From Andalucia godoyi And28 (taxonomy: Eukaryota; Protista; Jakobida): 64,000 nucleotides of DNA. Under the pieces are notes generated by a model. That model did no database searches, was not told the DNA's origin, and saw nothing but the letters and a program-made list of their open reading frames with translations. Where the stretch lies: contig VRVR01000004.1 of NCBI GenBank assembly GCA_009859145.1, forward strand, positions 212,748-276,747, in the 5' to 3' direction. Position numbers and translations under genes: made by a program. Each line of letters begins with the position of its first letter. Position 1 is the first letter of the stretch. Shown here in pieces: positions 1-14,422 of the stretch.

Positions 1-271
1 GGTTCACATTATCTGGGGTTGCATTGACCAAATCTGTTAGGGCCTTCATTCCAATAGCAACGAAATTGTACCTCTTCTTTTTTGCATCTTGCAGTGCGTG
101 TTTTTCAAAAGCACGGCCAATCTTTGGAAGCTTCGAAGGATTGGCAATCGCATAGTTGTTCAACTTCATCTGCATCGAAGTGTTCATGGACCCACCAGCC
201 TTGTTTGGGTACACTCCCTGCACTAGCCGTTGATATCGGTACACAGGCTGGCAAGAACACGCAGCACCCAT
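1..271 (-). CDS. EFR3: EFR3 homolog (PI4KIIIalpha membrane anchor), 5' end only; the ORF runs off the window start
   Basis: My translation from the ATG at 271 gives MGAACSCQPVYRYQRLVQGVYPNKAGGSMNTSMQMKLNNYAIANPSKLPKIGRAFEKHALQDAKKKRYNFVAIGMKALTDLV. This matches the EFR3 N-terminus (Cys cluster, RY.RLV..IYP, KL..YA...P.KL..IG). It is missing from the ORF track because there is no stop codon inside the window. Confidence 0.85.
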   Translation of the reverse strand, partial: MGAACSCQPVYRYQRLVQGVYPNKAGGSMNTSMQMKLNNYAIANPSKLPKIGRAFEKHALQDAKKKRYNFVAIGMKALTDLVNATPDNVN

Positions 272-667
272 TTTCCGGACACAATCTCGCAAAATCTCGT
301 TGTATCAAAAACGCAACAAGCATGAGAAAACATGGAAAAGAGAAGTAGGAAAACGAAGAAGACCCGACGAGAAATAAGAAAGTGCCGGCACCACACTCCT
401 CCATTGACTACGGTATGTGTCTGAACGTGGGAACTCGGCTGCATTTTCTTTCATGATCGGTGTTCTCTTCAGCTGCCAGCATTTGGAAACATGTTTTATT
501 TTTTCTTCCTTTTCCTTTTTCTCTTCACTGATTTCTTTTGTTGCTATCTTTTGCGATACAGTTTTTGACTTCCTTTTTTTGGGGGTGGGAGAGAGGTGGA
601 TTGGGGAATCCGTAGTCCATTTCGAGTTTGCTTGAAGAAAAAAAACGTCTAGGATTTGCCGGATATC

Positions 668-2074
668 ATGTCTGATTCAAGACTGCTGGCTCCGCGAGAA
701 CCAATTGACTATTCGTATTCTGCAACAGATGCGCAATCGACGGCGCGATATGCATCGAATCGGCCGATTTTGCGGTCAAAAAGCATCGAGTTTGCACCCG
801 ATCGGCTAACAGCACAATACGACTCGCTTCCTCTTGAGACGATCGAGGAGCTCAGCTCTAAAATTGCGGTTCTTTCCAAGGCTGTCATTGCAGAACGCAA
901 GCTGCGCATCTCCGAAGCAAAACACAACGCTCAGCTGACAGAATCACTTCATGCTGCGGAGCGATCGTTGGCTGAAAAGATGAGCCACATTCGAAAAGTC
1001 GTCGAGGAAAAGATTAAGGCAGAAGAGGAACTTGCCGATTTAAAGTTTACATTGGACGAATATCAGAAAAGCCCATCATTGCCGGTGCTTACTGCGGCAA
1101 ACATGACCACTTATCAGGGGCCGTTTTCTCCCGGAAGTAAGCGACAACTGCTTCCACAGTCTTCGCAGCCCCAGGGCTTGGAAGACAGTGATTTTTCTGA
1201 TACTGCAAGTATAAGCAGTCGATCGACGGTGGCGCGTCCACTAATGTCAACTGGTACTGGCGCTGGTGCCCGAGACAGCATATCGATCAACACCTCAAAG
1301 CTGAAGAAAAAGGAGCTGGAGGATGAGCACAAAAAACTGATGGCGGATTTCCGCAGTGCTCAGAACAAGATTTTCGATCTTGAAGAAACAGTCAAATTCA
1401 AAGAAACCGTGATATCGGATCTGCGAATCGTCTCGGAAACAAAGTCAAACATCTTTGAGAAACAAGTCCAGGAGCTTGAGGCAGGGAAAGCACAAATCGT
1501 CTTTCAAATGCGCGTGCTGGACGATGCGCATAAAAAGTTGACAAAGGACAACCAGGAGCTATCCGAAGAGAGGCGCAAGACAACACTTGACGCGCAGATG
1601 TGGAAAAGTCGGTACGAAGAGACGGCATTCAAGCTTGGAGAGCGAGAAAAGAAACTTTCGGACCTCGGATCGCAGATCGAGAATTTGCAATCTGAGCTGT
1701 CAAAGATGACCTTGGAGTCTCGTTCCTTGGCCAACAAGCTCATGGACATGAAGAAGAAGAACACAGCAGGCGGAATTCTGCTTGCAACATTTCCCGTGCG
1801 CAAGGTGCATCGTCTGCTTCCGCCTTGTGAGGCTCAGCTTGTAGTTGCGCAGAAACCCTCCGGCGATCTCATTCTTGACATCGTTGCATTTGGTCGCCAT
1901 AAGGTGGAGGAATTTTCGTCGGTTCGGGAAATTCGTGCATACCGCGATAAGCTTACTATCTTATACACCTTCCGAGAACCGGATATTCTCGAGTCTGACA
2001 GCTCCGAGACTGTGGCTCGCACGCTTCTTTCGTTCCGCGATCAGTCTGCAGCAGCTGGTACCGCCGTCCAGTGA
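668..2074 (+). CDS. Coiled-coil protein of unknown function with a small globular (possibly PH-like) C-terminal domain
   Basis: Long uninterrupted ORF with first ATG at 668, two E/K/L-rich heptad regions and a beta-rich C-terminal segment of about 95 aa. Confidence 0.75.
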   Translation: MSDSRLLAPREPIDYSYSATDAQSTARYASNRPILRSKSIEFAPDRLTAQYDSLPLETIEELSSKIAVLSKAVIAERKLRISEAKHNAQLTESLHAAERSLAEKMSHIRKVVEEKIKAEEELADLKFTLDEYQKSPSLPVLTAANMTTYQGPFSPGSKRQLLPQSSQPQGLEDSDFSDTASISSRSTVARPLMSTGTGAGARDSISINTSKLKKKELEDEHKKLMADFRSAQNKIFDLEETVKFKETVISDLRIVSETKSNIFEKQVQELEAGKAQIVFQMRVLDDAHKKLTKDNQELSEERRKTTLDAQMWKSRYEETAFKLGEREKKLSDLGSQIENLQSELSKMTLESRSLANKLMDMKKKNTAGGILLATFPVRKVHRLLPPCEAQLVVAQKPSGDLILDIVAFGRHKVEEFSSVREIRAYRDKLTILYTFREPDILESDSSETVARTLLSFRDQSAAAGTAVQ

Positions 2075-2188
2075 TACGGTTTTCTGCTCTCGTTTCTGTT
2101 TTTCTCCCGCAAACATGGGCGTTGACGTGTTATTGGCTGAACTCCCTTTTGCGTGCAGCACGGTAATTTTACTACGCAGTATTCTGAT

Positions 2189-2197
2189 CTCTCTCTT

Positions 2198-2230
<33 letters not shown>

Positions 2231-2246
2231 TACCCACACACACACC
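2189..2246. repeat. Compound (CT)n(CA)n microsatellite
   Basis: Seen directly in the intergenic sequence. Confidence 0.9.
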
Positions 2247-2519
2247 CGTGCGGGCGCACACACACAATCCGTCTCCATTATTGTAAATTTTGAGGAAAAA
2301 TATATCGAGCCTCGCATTTCATACTATTTTTCTTTCTTTGCTTTCCCGCCTTCGTTTTTCTTAATCAATACAATAATAAAACAGGCGACAACAAGAACGA
2401 AAGGTGACAGCCGACCAATAATACAGATCTAGATATTCCAGAAAGTGAGACGAGAGAATGAACAGAAAAACAAAGCAAAATTGAGAACAGAAAGAAAAAT
2501 AAAATGCATCAAAATTCTG

Positions 2520-6263
<3,744 letters not shown>

Positions 6264-7477
6264 TTCAAATGCGAGAGAAATGAGTTCAGGAATCACTGCA
6301 GTCGAAGTTGTATCAGATTGTGGAAATAAAAGAAAACAGGGAATGCAAGAGCATATACCGAACACCAAATTTTGTGTTGGTGCGAGATACGCAAAACAAA
6401 TAAAAGGAGAGGGGGAGAAAAGGAGAGGCGGGGAGAAAACAAACGCAGGCAGTAAAAGTAAAAGGAGAGGAAGAAAAAGGTGAACAGAAGATGAACAGAA
6501 AAAGAAAAAGAAAGGGAGGAAGTCAGGAAAGGAGAAAGAAGGTGAACGCCTGCAAGAAGAAAAAATGAAAGGGAAATAAAGGAACGGAAATGAAAGGAAC
6601 ACGGGGAAGGGGGGAAATGGATAGAGAGAAATAGAATGGAAAAAATGAGGTGTGTGGACGGGATGGTTTTTTCTTGTCGGGGAAGAGGGGCGACGAACGG
6701 CAAATTGGGGAGCAGATGTCTTGCTTCTAACGCGCAAGGAATTTGCCAAAACGGCGGAGGAGTGACGGCAAGCTGTGACGAGCGTCACGGATGTCACGCA
6801 GAAGGGTGGCTGCTGGAGAGTGGGCGGAAAGAAAAGGACAAACAGATTGTCACACATGTCATGGGGCGTCACCACCGTGACGGGAGTCCGAGGAATTCTC
6901 GATCAGCAAATACCCGCCTGCGACCCGGTTTCGGAAGCGTTCGTGCTTCAAGTTGCAGTCACGAACAGTTGAACTGCCTGCATTCGTCCGAACTGCTGCT
7001 GTTCGCAAGAAAAACCTGAGATGCCCGAATTTCCCACTCGCTGCTGCTCCTGTCTCTCGATCGAGTAACAAACCTCGTTTGGAACTACAGCAGTTTCCGC
7101 AGCATCATTGCCTGGTCCTTTTGCTTTTTTTGCTATTGTTTTTTTTTTTTTTTGGGGGGTGGGGGGGGGGAGGCTTGCTGAAGAGGAAGAGTGGAAATGA
7201 ATTTACGCCAGCAAAAAATGCAACATCAAGAATAAAGGCATCCTTACATAATGGCGACGGGGACAATGATGACGATGTTGTTGATACATTTAATAAAAAT
7301 TAAAATTAAAATGAACACGAATACAATACAAACATGGATGACGATCGCCGATGCTTAACAGAAAAACATGCATGATCATCTCCTACATTTAATGACTGCC
7401 ATTTTCATTTTTGGTCCTCCCCCAAAGGTTGGCTCTTGATATCTGATGCAGCGAGAGACGAAGAAACGCTGAGGTCC

Positions 7478-9439
7478 TCAAGACATGGACTGCGATCCAG
7501 GAGTACCATCGCGACGATTGCTTCCAAGAAGGCCAGCTCTCTTTTTCCCGTCTGCAAGAATTTTTCCTGGTGTATTGTCAAGACTGCAGCACGACTTTGC
7601 GCGATCACCTAGAGCCATAAAAGTGTCCATATCATCACACTCTCGCTCAATGACGCACCCCTTGTGTTGTGCATGAATAGCCTGTGCCGCCTCTTCATCG
7701 TAGCAAGATTGCAGTGACTTTTGTCCGGTCCAGCATCGCTGGAGCGCATTTACAAGCCCCGAGATTGCGAGAATGTCAAAACGCAGCGAGTCTTCGTACG
7801 TATTGCAGAAGCAGCCAGGGAACACAGTGCAAACTGTGCAGATAGCGTGCATGAAGAATGTGGCAATTGAATGTAGAGGCGTTACAAGGCAATACCACGC
7901 GCACATATAACACGCTTCGCAACAGCAGCACTCTTCCGGCACACTTGCCCGTCGTGCACGTGCCGAATTCGGATCCCGTGCATCCCGGGAATTCCTGCTG
8001 CCGCTCCCGCCCCTTCGACCAAACACGGAAGAAAAGAGACCACCTACTGAAGCAGATGATAGCGATGACGATGGGGCCTCGGGAGCGCATGTGCATCCCG
8101 TCTCCATGCGACTATCTTCGGAGCAAAAGTGAGTGCACACAGTGCATCCCATGCGGAGCCCACAGGGCAGCCCACACACGACAAGCGCAACGACAGACGA
8201 AAGCAGAGCTGCAAGAGATGCAGTAACCAACTTGAGACCACAGCACTCAAGACGCCTGTCTCTCTGCACAGAATGCTCGACAAGCCGGTCCTGGAGAACG
8301 GTCAGTCCGTGCTTGATGGACCGAAAGACACGGCAAGACCAGAATCCCGAGATGACAGCATGGACACAGCAGAGGGCGCGGCAGCCTAGAGGTTCGTTGG
8401 GATGCAGACCGTCCGACAGAATGTGCGGTCGTGTCGTCGAGTACATGGAGTGATCGCAGAAGAGTGTGCCACAAATGGAACCCAGTGCATATGCAAATGC
8501 ATGGCCAAGCGTTCGCAGAATGTAGGCGACCCACAAAAACGGACATCCCAATACACAAAAGAACTTTAGACACGGTGTCATGTACGGTGAGGCACACAAA
8601 ACCCTGAAGCCACAAGTCGGAACAACAAGCCCGTATGCAAGAATGACAATCACGGCATTTAGGATCACTGCAACAAGAATCATTGCGAATGAAAGCGGAA
8701 TCATCAACAAGTTCGCCACTCCTCGCAAACAGAGCACGGGGCCGTCTGCAGACGACATGGCACATGATTTTGACGTCTCCTCGTCACAAAGCGCACGGCA
8801 CACGTTATTCCGTGCCTCTTCCGTGACAATCAAGTCTTTGGACTCCTCTTCACACGGATTGCAAAACACTGTGCAAAGAGACGGGGAGTCTGCAAGCCCT
8901 GATGGAGTCGATGACGATTGACGCACTCTTGATGCACTTGCAGCTGCCCCACTGGTGCTAGCAGTGGTCGACGCATACCGCGTGCTTCTTCCGCTGCCTG
9001 CGCCACCCGCAGACGTATTTCGAGACGGCTGCGGTTGTGGATGCGGGTCTGATTCTTCGCGATCACCGGGTTTGAGCTTTGACACGACATTCTTTACGGT
9101 GCCGCCAATCACCCCGAATATTCCGCCACCGCCACCAGAACTTTGTGCTTTGGTCAGAGACGGCGGAGGAGGCGGCGCAGAAGGAGAAGGTCCTGTTTGG
9201 TATGCATCGTGATATGCCGGCTGCTGGCTGGTCGCTGAATTTCCAGTTGCATACGGGCTGTTCATACCGGCACCGGCACTTGGTTGTGGATGCTGGGTTG
9301 CATACACAGGCGGGTGCGGCAATGACGTAGATGCGGAGACTGAAGATGTAGAAGAGTAGGGATCTGATGAAGAAGCAGGCTCAGGATCGGCATATGGATT
9401 CTCACCGGCTGCCTCTGCATATGGATTATACGCTGCCAT
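7478..9439 (-). CDS. Cysteine-rich multi-pass membrane protein with a Pro/Ser-rich disordered N-terminus
   Basis: 653-aa ORF with ATG start, several hydrophobic helices and many CC/CxxC clusters. Family not firmly identified. Confidence 0.75.
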   Translation of the reverse strand: MAAYNPYAEAAGENPYADPEPASSSDPYSSTSSVSASTSLPHPPVYATQHPQPSAGAGMNSPYATGNSATSQQPAYHDAYQTGPSPSAPPPPPSLTKAQSSGGGGGIFGVIGGTVKNVVSKLKPGDREESDPHPQPQPSRNTSAGGAGSGRSTRYASTTASTSGAAASASRVRQSSSTPSGLADSPSLCTVFCNPCEEESKDLIVTEEARNNVCRALCDEETSKSCAMSSADGPVLCLRGVANLLMIPLSFAMILVAVILNAVIVILAYGLVVPTCGFRVLCASPYMTPCLKFFCVLGCPFLWVAYILRTLGHAFAYALGSICGTLFCDHSMYSTTRPHILSDGLHPNEPLGCRALCCVHAVISGFWSCRVFRSIKHGLTVLQDRLVEHSVQRDRRLECCGLKLVTASLAALLSSVVALVVCGLPCGLRMGCTVCTHFCSEDSRMETGCTCAPEAPSSSLSSASVGGLFSSVFGRRGGSGSRNSRDARDPNSARARRASVPEECCCCEACYMCAWYCLVTPLHSIATFFMHAICTVCTVFPGCFCNTYEDSLRFDILAISGLVNALQRCWTGQKSLQSCYDEEAAQAIHAQHKGCVIERECDDMDTFMALGDRAKSCCSLDNTPGKILADGKKRAGLLGSNRRDGTPGSQSMS

Positions 9440-9743
9440 CTTCCTTAAGTCGACAAAGGAAAATGAAAACCAGGAAGAGAAGAAGAAAGAAAGGCAGGGT
9501 TATATCCGAAAAAGAAATCGAAGATGAGGCAAGCAGCCTTTTTTTTTTTTAATTTTTTTACGGGCGGCGGAGTAATGTCGGCGTGCCTCACGCCCATGCT
9601 CACGCTGCAACATGCAGCCTGAAACTGCAACTTTGCATGTTGCTTTATTGATAGAGAACGGAGCCAAGATCCACAGACACGGATATCGCGTTTGAAAAGA
9701 AAAAGCTAAGCTGTTAAACGGATTCGATTGCTTGATGCATTAA

Positions 9744-11267
9744 ATGTCCTTACTTGGTTTCATCATTGATTTAGACCGAGGAATTTTGAATGAGCTTTAC
9801 AAATCCGAGTGGGTCTGTCAGGCGGTTTTCCGTGGCTTGTCATCGCTGTCCAAGCAGTTTGTGCTTCGTATGGTCATGCTTGAAGATTGGATCCCCATTT
9901 CACAACTGGAAGTCATTGCGCCGTCGAACGTACACCGACAAGTTGCCTTAGAACAGCTTTCTTCATTGTATATTTTGCTATTTTCTTCATCGGCGAATGA
10001 ATCCGTTGCTGCTGCGAATGTGTCCGTTCTCGAAATCACGTCGGATTCGCTCGTGCGGGTGAACCAGTTGTTCCGTGTGAACTTTCTCCATTCGGTTACC
10101 ACCCCTCCTAATCCGCCTTTTGGGGACCCCGTTTCACACGTTGACGGTGCTGTTGTGGACCGTTATGCGCAAGAGCGGTGGAATCAAGTGCTGCAATCCA
10201 TCGTCGGATCGCAAACTGCAACATCGGATCCGCAAGACGGAGATGCAGCTATGCCCATTGTTGAGAATACGGTTGGGCTACTGGTGGAAGCTGGGCTGGT
10301 TGTTCCTGTTGGAAACGGTGTCAATGCTGCTGCGCCGAGCAGAACGTTCGCTTCGTCTTCGACTTCGTTTTCTCGAGCCTCTTCTGTTAATCGAGACTAC
10401 AACATTACAAATGCTGGCTTTCAGTTTCTGCTGAGTGATGTGAGAACTCAACTCTGGGCTCTGCTCAAAGTGTACGTTCGACATTTGTCCGAAGAATCCA
10501 ACGATCTAATCAAGCTGCTGGTTGAATTGTCATTTCTCGAGTTTTCAAGTGGGTACTCATTGCAACCGCTGAATGCGCTGCAGGTGCGAATGTTCGTGGA
10601 GCTGGCGGATTTGGGTCTTGTTTACATTCCCAAGGATCAACCCGGAGTATTCTTCCCCACGAAACTCGGGTTGTCGCAAATACTTCCAAAGAATCGCTCT
10701 GCATCCGCAGGTGCCAGCAGTGGTGCTGGCGTTTCCGGGTCTTTGACAGGCATTGGCGCAAATCAAGATGGATTTCTGGTGGTGGAAACCAATTTTCGCA
10801 TGTATGCATACACAGCGTCAGAATTGCAGGTATCTCTGCTGAGTCTTTTCGCGGAAATCCGCTATTTTCATCCAAATATGGTGGTTTGCGATATCACTCG
10901 TGATTCCGTTAGAATGGCGCTGCAAGGTGGAATCCGCGCTTCACAGATTGTTGGATTTCTGGAAGAGAATTCCCATCCGTGCATGAGAACTCCGAATCAA
11001 GAGGCTCCGTGCATTCCTGAAACAGTCACAGATCAGATTTTACTGTGGGAACGAGAACGGAATAGAATCAAACCGATTTCAGCGGTTGCGTTTTGCGATA
11101 TCGACCGAAATGCCTTTCCCGAACTGGTTCGATATGCTGTCGACAAGCAAATCTGCGTATGGTCTTCTCCACTTCATCACACGGGAGAACTCACATTGGT
11201 TGTTCAAAGTGATGCGGCCGAGGAAGTTCGGTCGTTTCTGCGCAAATTCTCCGCTTCTCGACTATAG
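9744..11267 (+). CDS. TFB2: TFIIH core subunit p52/Tfb2
   Basis: Motifs C.AVFR.L..L.KQFVLRM, IT.AGFQFLL.D...QLW and GFLVVETNFRMYAYT.S.LQ..LL.LF....Y..PNMVV..ITR.SVR.AL..GI.A.QI..FL. Confidence 0.95.
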   Translation: MSLLGFIIDLDRGILNELYKSEWVCQAVFRGLSSLSKQFVLRMVMLEDWIPISQLEVIAPSNVHRQVALEQLSSLYILLFSSSANESVAAANVSVLEITSDSLVRVNQLFRVNFLHSVTTPPNPPFGDPVSHVDGAVVDRYAQERWNQVLQSIVGSQTATSDPQDGDAAMPIVENTVGLLVEAGLVVPVGNGVNAAAPSRTFASSSTSFSRASSVNRDYNITNAGFQFLLSDVRTQLWALLKVYVRHLSEESNDLIKLLVELSFLEFSSGYSLQPLNALQVRMFVELADLGLVYIPKDQPGVFFPTKLGLSQILPKNRSASAGASSGAGVSGSLTGIGANQDGFLVVETNFRMYAYTASELQVSLLSLFAEIRYFHPNMVVCDITRDSVRMALQGGIRASQIVGFLEENSHPCMRTPNQEAPCIPETVTDQILLWERERNRIKPISAVAFCDIDRNAFPELVRYAVDKQICVWSSPLHHTGELTLVVQSDAAEEVRSFLRKFSASRL

Positions 11268-11518
11268 TGAAGTCGATTTGTTGGATGTTGCTTTTTCCGT
11301 CTGGACGATGCCTCTGCGGTCATATGGGATCGAACCCATTGACTGTTGTCGGCTGGATAAACTGTTTTTGGTACGTACACGAAAGAAGGGTGGGAAAGAC
11401 GGGAGAAGAAAAAAGAAAGTAAGACAGAAAGAAAAGAAACATTGCTGAAGCAGGTAATGATCATGAAACTCTTAATGTATTTGAAAATTTCAGTGCCGCG
11501 TCACTCTAGATCCACTCA

Positions 11519-14071
11519 TTAAGTAGACAAGAGTAAGCCGCCGTCTGTCGAACTTTCTGACGGAGGTGGCGGCGCATCCCGAAGGAAGTGCAAAATGAAT
11601 GCCGCACGTTTTTTGAAGTCGTTGTTTTTGGAAAGCGCATTCCCTCCTTTCATTAAAACCGCAGCAAAAATGCATGACAACCGATCCACAGTCAATCCGT
11701 TCTTGGCAGAATGGGTGAGCAGTTCGCGCAGAAAAGCTGTCACGTAGTGGAAGACATTGAAATGCACTGGAGGAAGCGATTTCGCGACAAGTTGCCTTGA
11801 GGCCGTCAAGGATGATGACGCATCAAGCGTTCGCTTCGCTACCTCGAGGGGAATCACCGCCGGGGAAAGGGATTCCAAAAATCGGACTAAACAGACAGCC
11901 ACGGAATGCACGGATCCTTGGAATCCATTAAACGACTCATTGCAATCAAGTCGCTCTCGTAAGAACCTGATTTCATCTGGATCTCCAGGATCCTCAAAGA
12001 GAGCTTCGGCGTCCATCCCATGTCTGAAAATGTAATCCGTCAACCGCCACAATTCTTTGGGTAACTTCAATTTTCGTTGATTTTGTTCGGAAGGGGGCGC
12101 AAGCTGGATAGGCAGCGAGCTGCGAACTGGACCCAATATTGACACCAAATTCTCCAATGAATTTCCAAAGCAGCTTCGCATAAACCTTCCAGAGATTGGA
12201 ACAAAATGATCTCTTCCGTTCTTCAAATGCAAGATCAAAATGTCCTCCAACAAATTGGAACCAAGATTCAGCAATGGTGCAGAGTCCTTGTTCACCGTTA
12301 CCGTGATTTTGACTTCAGCTCGCTCACTCGGAAGGATCATGCCATCTCTTGGTGAAATGTTGACCCATGGTTTGCAAATTCTGTTCTCGTCAATGCTCGG
12401 GACAAAAGCAAATTCAACTAGAACGTTTCCAGAATTTTGGATCCACAGAGTTTCAGTACGAGGAACGTTATAGTAAACGTCTCCAAAATCAAACCCATCC
12501 GAAGACAGACTGCATTCCGGTAACATCTCATTCTCCATCTTGTCCAGGAATTTAATAACCTCTCGATAAACCTCCTCATACTTGGCAGGAATGATTTTCC
12601 TGAACTCAATGTTGAACATAGAATAAACTGGACGGTGATCTGAGGACTTCAGCGCATCACATCTTCCATAGCTTTTCTGCTGGATGCCTGAGCCCTTGAA
12701 CAGAATTCTGTCTGTCCACGCAGGAACACGCTTCTTTTCAGAAGAGTCATAATTGTCTGTACCAGGATCATATTTGTACGTTGGAGGAAAAGATATTTTT
12801 CCTTCTGTAAATTGCGCCAATACTCGTCCAGCAGCCTTTTCTACGTTCAACTGATCATGTTTGAGCAAGTAATCAAGATCGTTGCGTACAATTCTCGACT
12901 TCACATCTGCATCTTCTAACGGCACTCGATAGTTCAAATCTCCGAAAAAGAATATCATGTCATGATCGTAAACGGATTTGCACTTCGATGTAAACGCGAG
13001 ATTCGCGAGAATGTCGTGGAAGTTCTGATTGCGTCGAGCCACATGTCCCATGTGAGCAGCCAAGTGAGCAGTAATGCAGCAGACGCTCGTCTCGTAAAAA
13101 TCAAAACGCACCGCAACACCACCCTTGTTTCCCATGATCCCCATGATTCCCACAGCTTGGTACTTTGTCTGAACATTCTTAACGTACATCATATGCTCCT
13201 CCTTCACATACACAACGATGAGAATTCCCACAAGCTGTTTGGCAACAAGCCTCACGTACTTCGTTGATGACCTGCTGAGGGTCGCAGTGACAGAATCCTC
13301 CCAAAATTTGCCATTCGCCGTCTCCTGCGTCACAAGTGCACCTGCAGTCATGTCGATCTCTTGGAAACCAATGGCAATGATGTCGCTTCCAAGTTCTGGC
13401 TGCAGCCAAGCACTCAAATCCTCGACCTTCTTCTCGTTCACATTCCACGTTCCAACAAAAACGGTGGCCGGAGACGTTGATGTGAACAATGCTTCGCGGA
13501 AGCGCATTTGATTTGCTATCCAATCGGCTCGGATTTGCGAAGACTTGAGCATTGTTGGATCGGCAACAGGGTCGTCTCCAAACGACAGTCCGATGTTCTG
13601 ATTCGCAGAATCGATGGCTTGAATGCCTTTCTCAACCTTGGTAAGCCCAAACTTGCCACGATATCCATCAATCCAATTCGGTACGTCTTGGTTCAATCGA
13701 TTTGCGGAACCTTGTGAAGCTTTCGTCAAGGCTGTGATGATGTCCCACATTGCCGGGGACGCTGGTGCTTCCATGCACAGAACTTGCGAAGTTGTCCGGA
13801 ACGCAATTTCAATCATGTTCTCGCCGTTAACTTTCACCAGCAAATCAGAAGAAAGCGGGAAAATATTAACAGGATAGATTTCTTCGGAGTCACCGGATCT
13901 TGGAAACCCGACCAACAGAAGCGCATGCTCGGCCTCTTCCTTACGTGACGATATCAGAGCGATGGCGCATGGATCACGAAACTCACCGGCAACGAGCGTT
14001 AGTTCAGCTGCAAGAGTACAAGTCTCTGTAGAATTGAGCAAACCTTCAATACGCTCACGTATGGACGCCAT
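11519..14071 (-). CDS. OCRL: OCRL/INPP5B-type inositol polyphosphate 5-phosphatase (PH-like, 5-phosphatase, ASH, RhoGAP-like)
   Basis: Motifs WNVN, GFQEID, GNKGGV, FFGDLNYR, PPTYKY, PAWTDRIL and SDHRPV, followed by ASH and RhoGAP-like domains. No C-terminal CaaX. Likely start at 14071 (MASIRE). Confidence 0.92.
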   Translation of the reverse strand: MASIRERIEGLLNSTETCTLAAELTLVAGEFRDPCAIALISSRKEEAEHALLLVGFPRSGDSEEIYPVNIFPLSSDLLVKVNGENMIEIAFRTTSQVLCMEAPASPAMWDIITALTKASQGSANRLNQDVPNWIDGYRGKFGLTKVEKGIQAIDSANQNIGLSFGDDPVADPTMLKSSQIRADWIANQMRFREALFTSTSPATVFVGTWNVNEKKVEDLSAWLQPELGSDIIAIGFQEIDMTAGALVTQETANGKFWEDSVTATLSRSSTKYVRLVAKQLVGILIVVYVKEEHMMYVKNVQTKYQAVGIMGIMGNKGGVAVRFDFYETSVCCITAHLAAHMGHVARRNQNFHDILANLAFTSKCKSVYDHDMIFFFGDLNYRVPLEDADVKSRIVRNDLDYLLKHDQLNVEKAAGRVLAQFTEGKISFPPTYKYDPGTDNYDSSEKKRVPAWTDRILFKGSGIQQKSYGRCDALKSSDHRPVYSMFNIEFRKIIPAKYEEVYREVIKFLDKMENEMLPECSLSSDGFDFGDVYYNVPRTETLWIQNSGNVLVEFAFVPSIDENRICKPWVNISPRDGMILPSERAEVKITVTVNKDSAPLLNLGSNLLEDILILHLKNGRDHFVPISGRFMRSCFGNSLENLVSILGPVRSSLPIQLAPPSEQNQRKLKLPKELWRLTDYIFRHGMDAEALFEDPGDPDEIRFLRERLDCNESFNGFQGSVHSVAVCLVRFLESLSPAVIPLEVAKRTLDASSSLTASRQLVAKSLPPVHFNVFHYVTAFLRELLTHSAKNGLTVDRLSCIFAAVLMKGGNALSKNNDFKKRAAFILHFLRDAPPPPSESSTDGGLLLST

Positions 14072-14422
14072 GAGAGGTGTGTGATCAATAATATGCACTG
14101 AATACTCAGTTAGTTGTCTGGATTGATTGGCAGAGTAGGAGGTGGGAAAAGAAAAGGCTCTCTTCATCAGTTGGGACTTTTGTGAGTGTCGTGACCTTTT
14201 CTGTAAGGATCGAAAAGTGTCAGAATTTGTCAGTCGTGCAAAGAAAGACTGACATTTTTCAAAATGCTTATAGACATCTGTCGAACGCAAGCGACGCATC
14301 GCAAGTTTTTTTCGCAACTTTTGGCAAAAAGATCCACCAGCCCACCTTTCGTTTCGCCACCTGATTCCCTGTTTCCGCGAGCAATTCTTCTGTCTGTCAG
14401 AGAAAGACAGGAAGTTAAGCAA

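Noticed and set aside
6264-6875. N-terminal extensions in the ORF track (Cyc8, and likewise OCRL 14072-14491, CH-RCC1 34717-35283 and ABCC 56321-56491)
   Set aside because: They are F/S/L-rich translations of pyrimidine-rich UTR or promoter sequence lying upstream of a better ATG.
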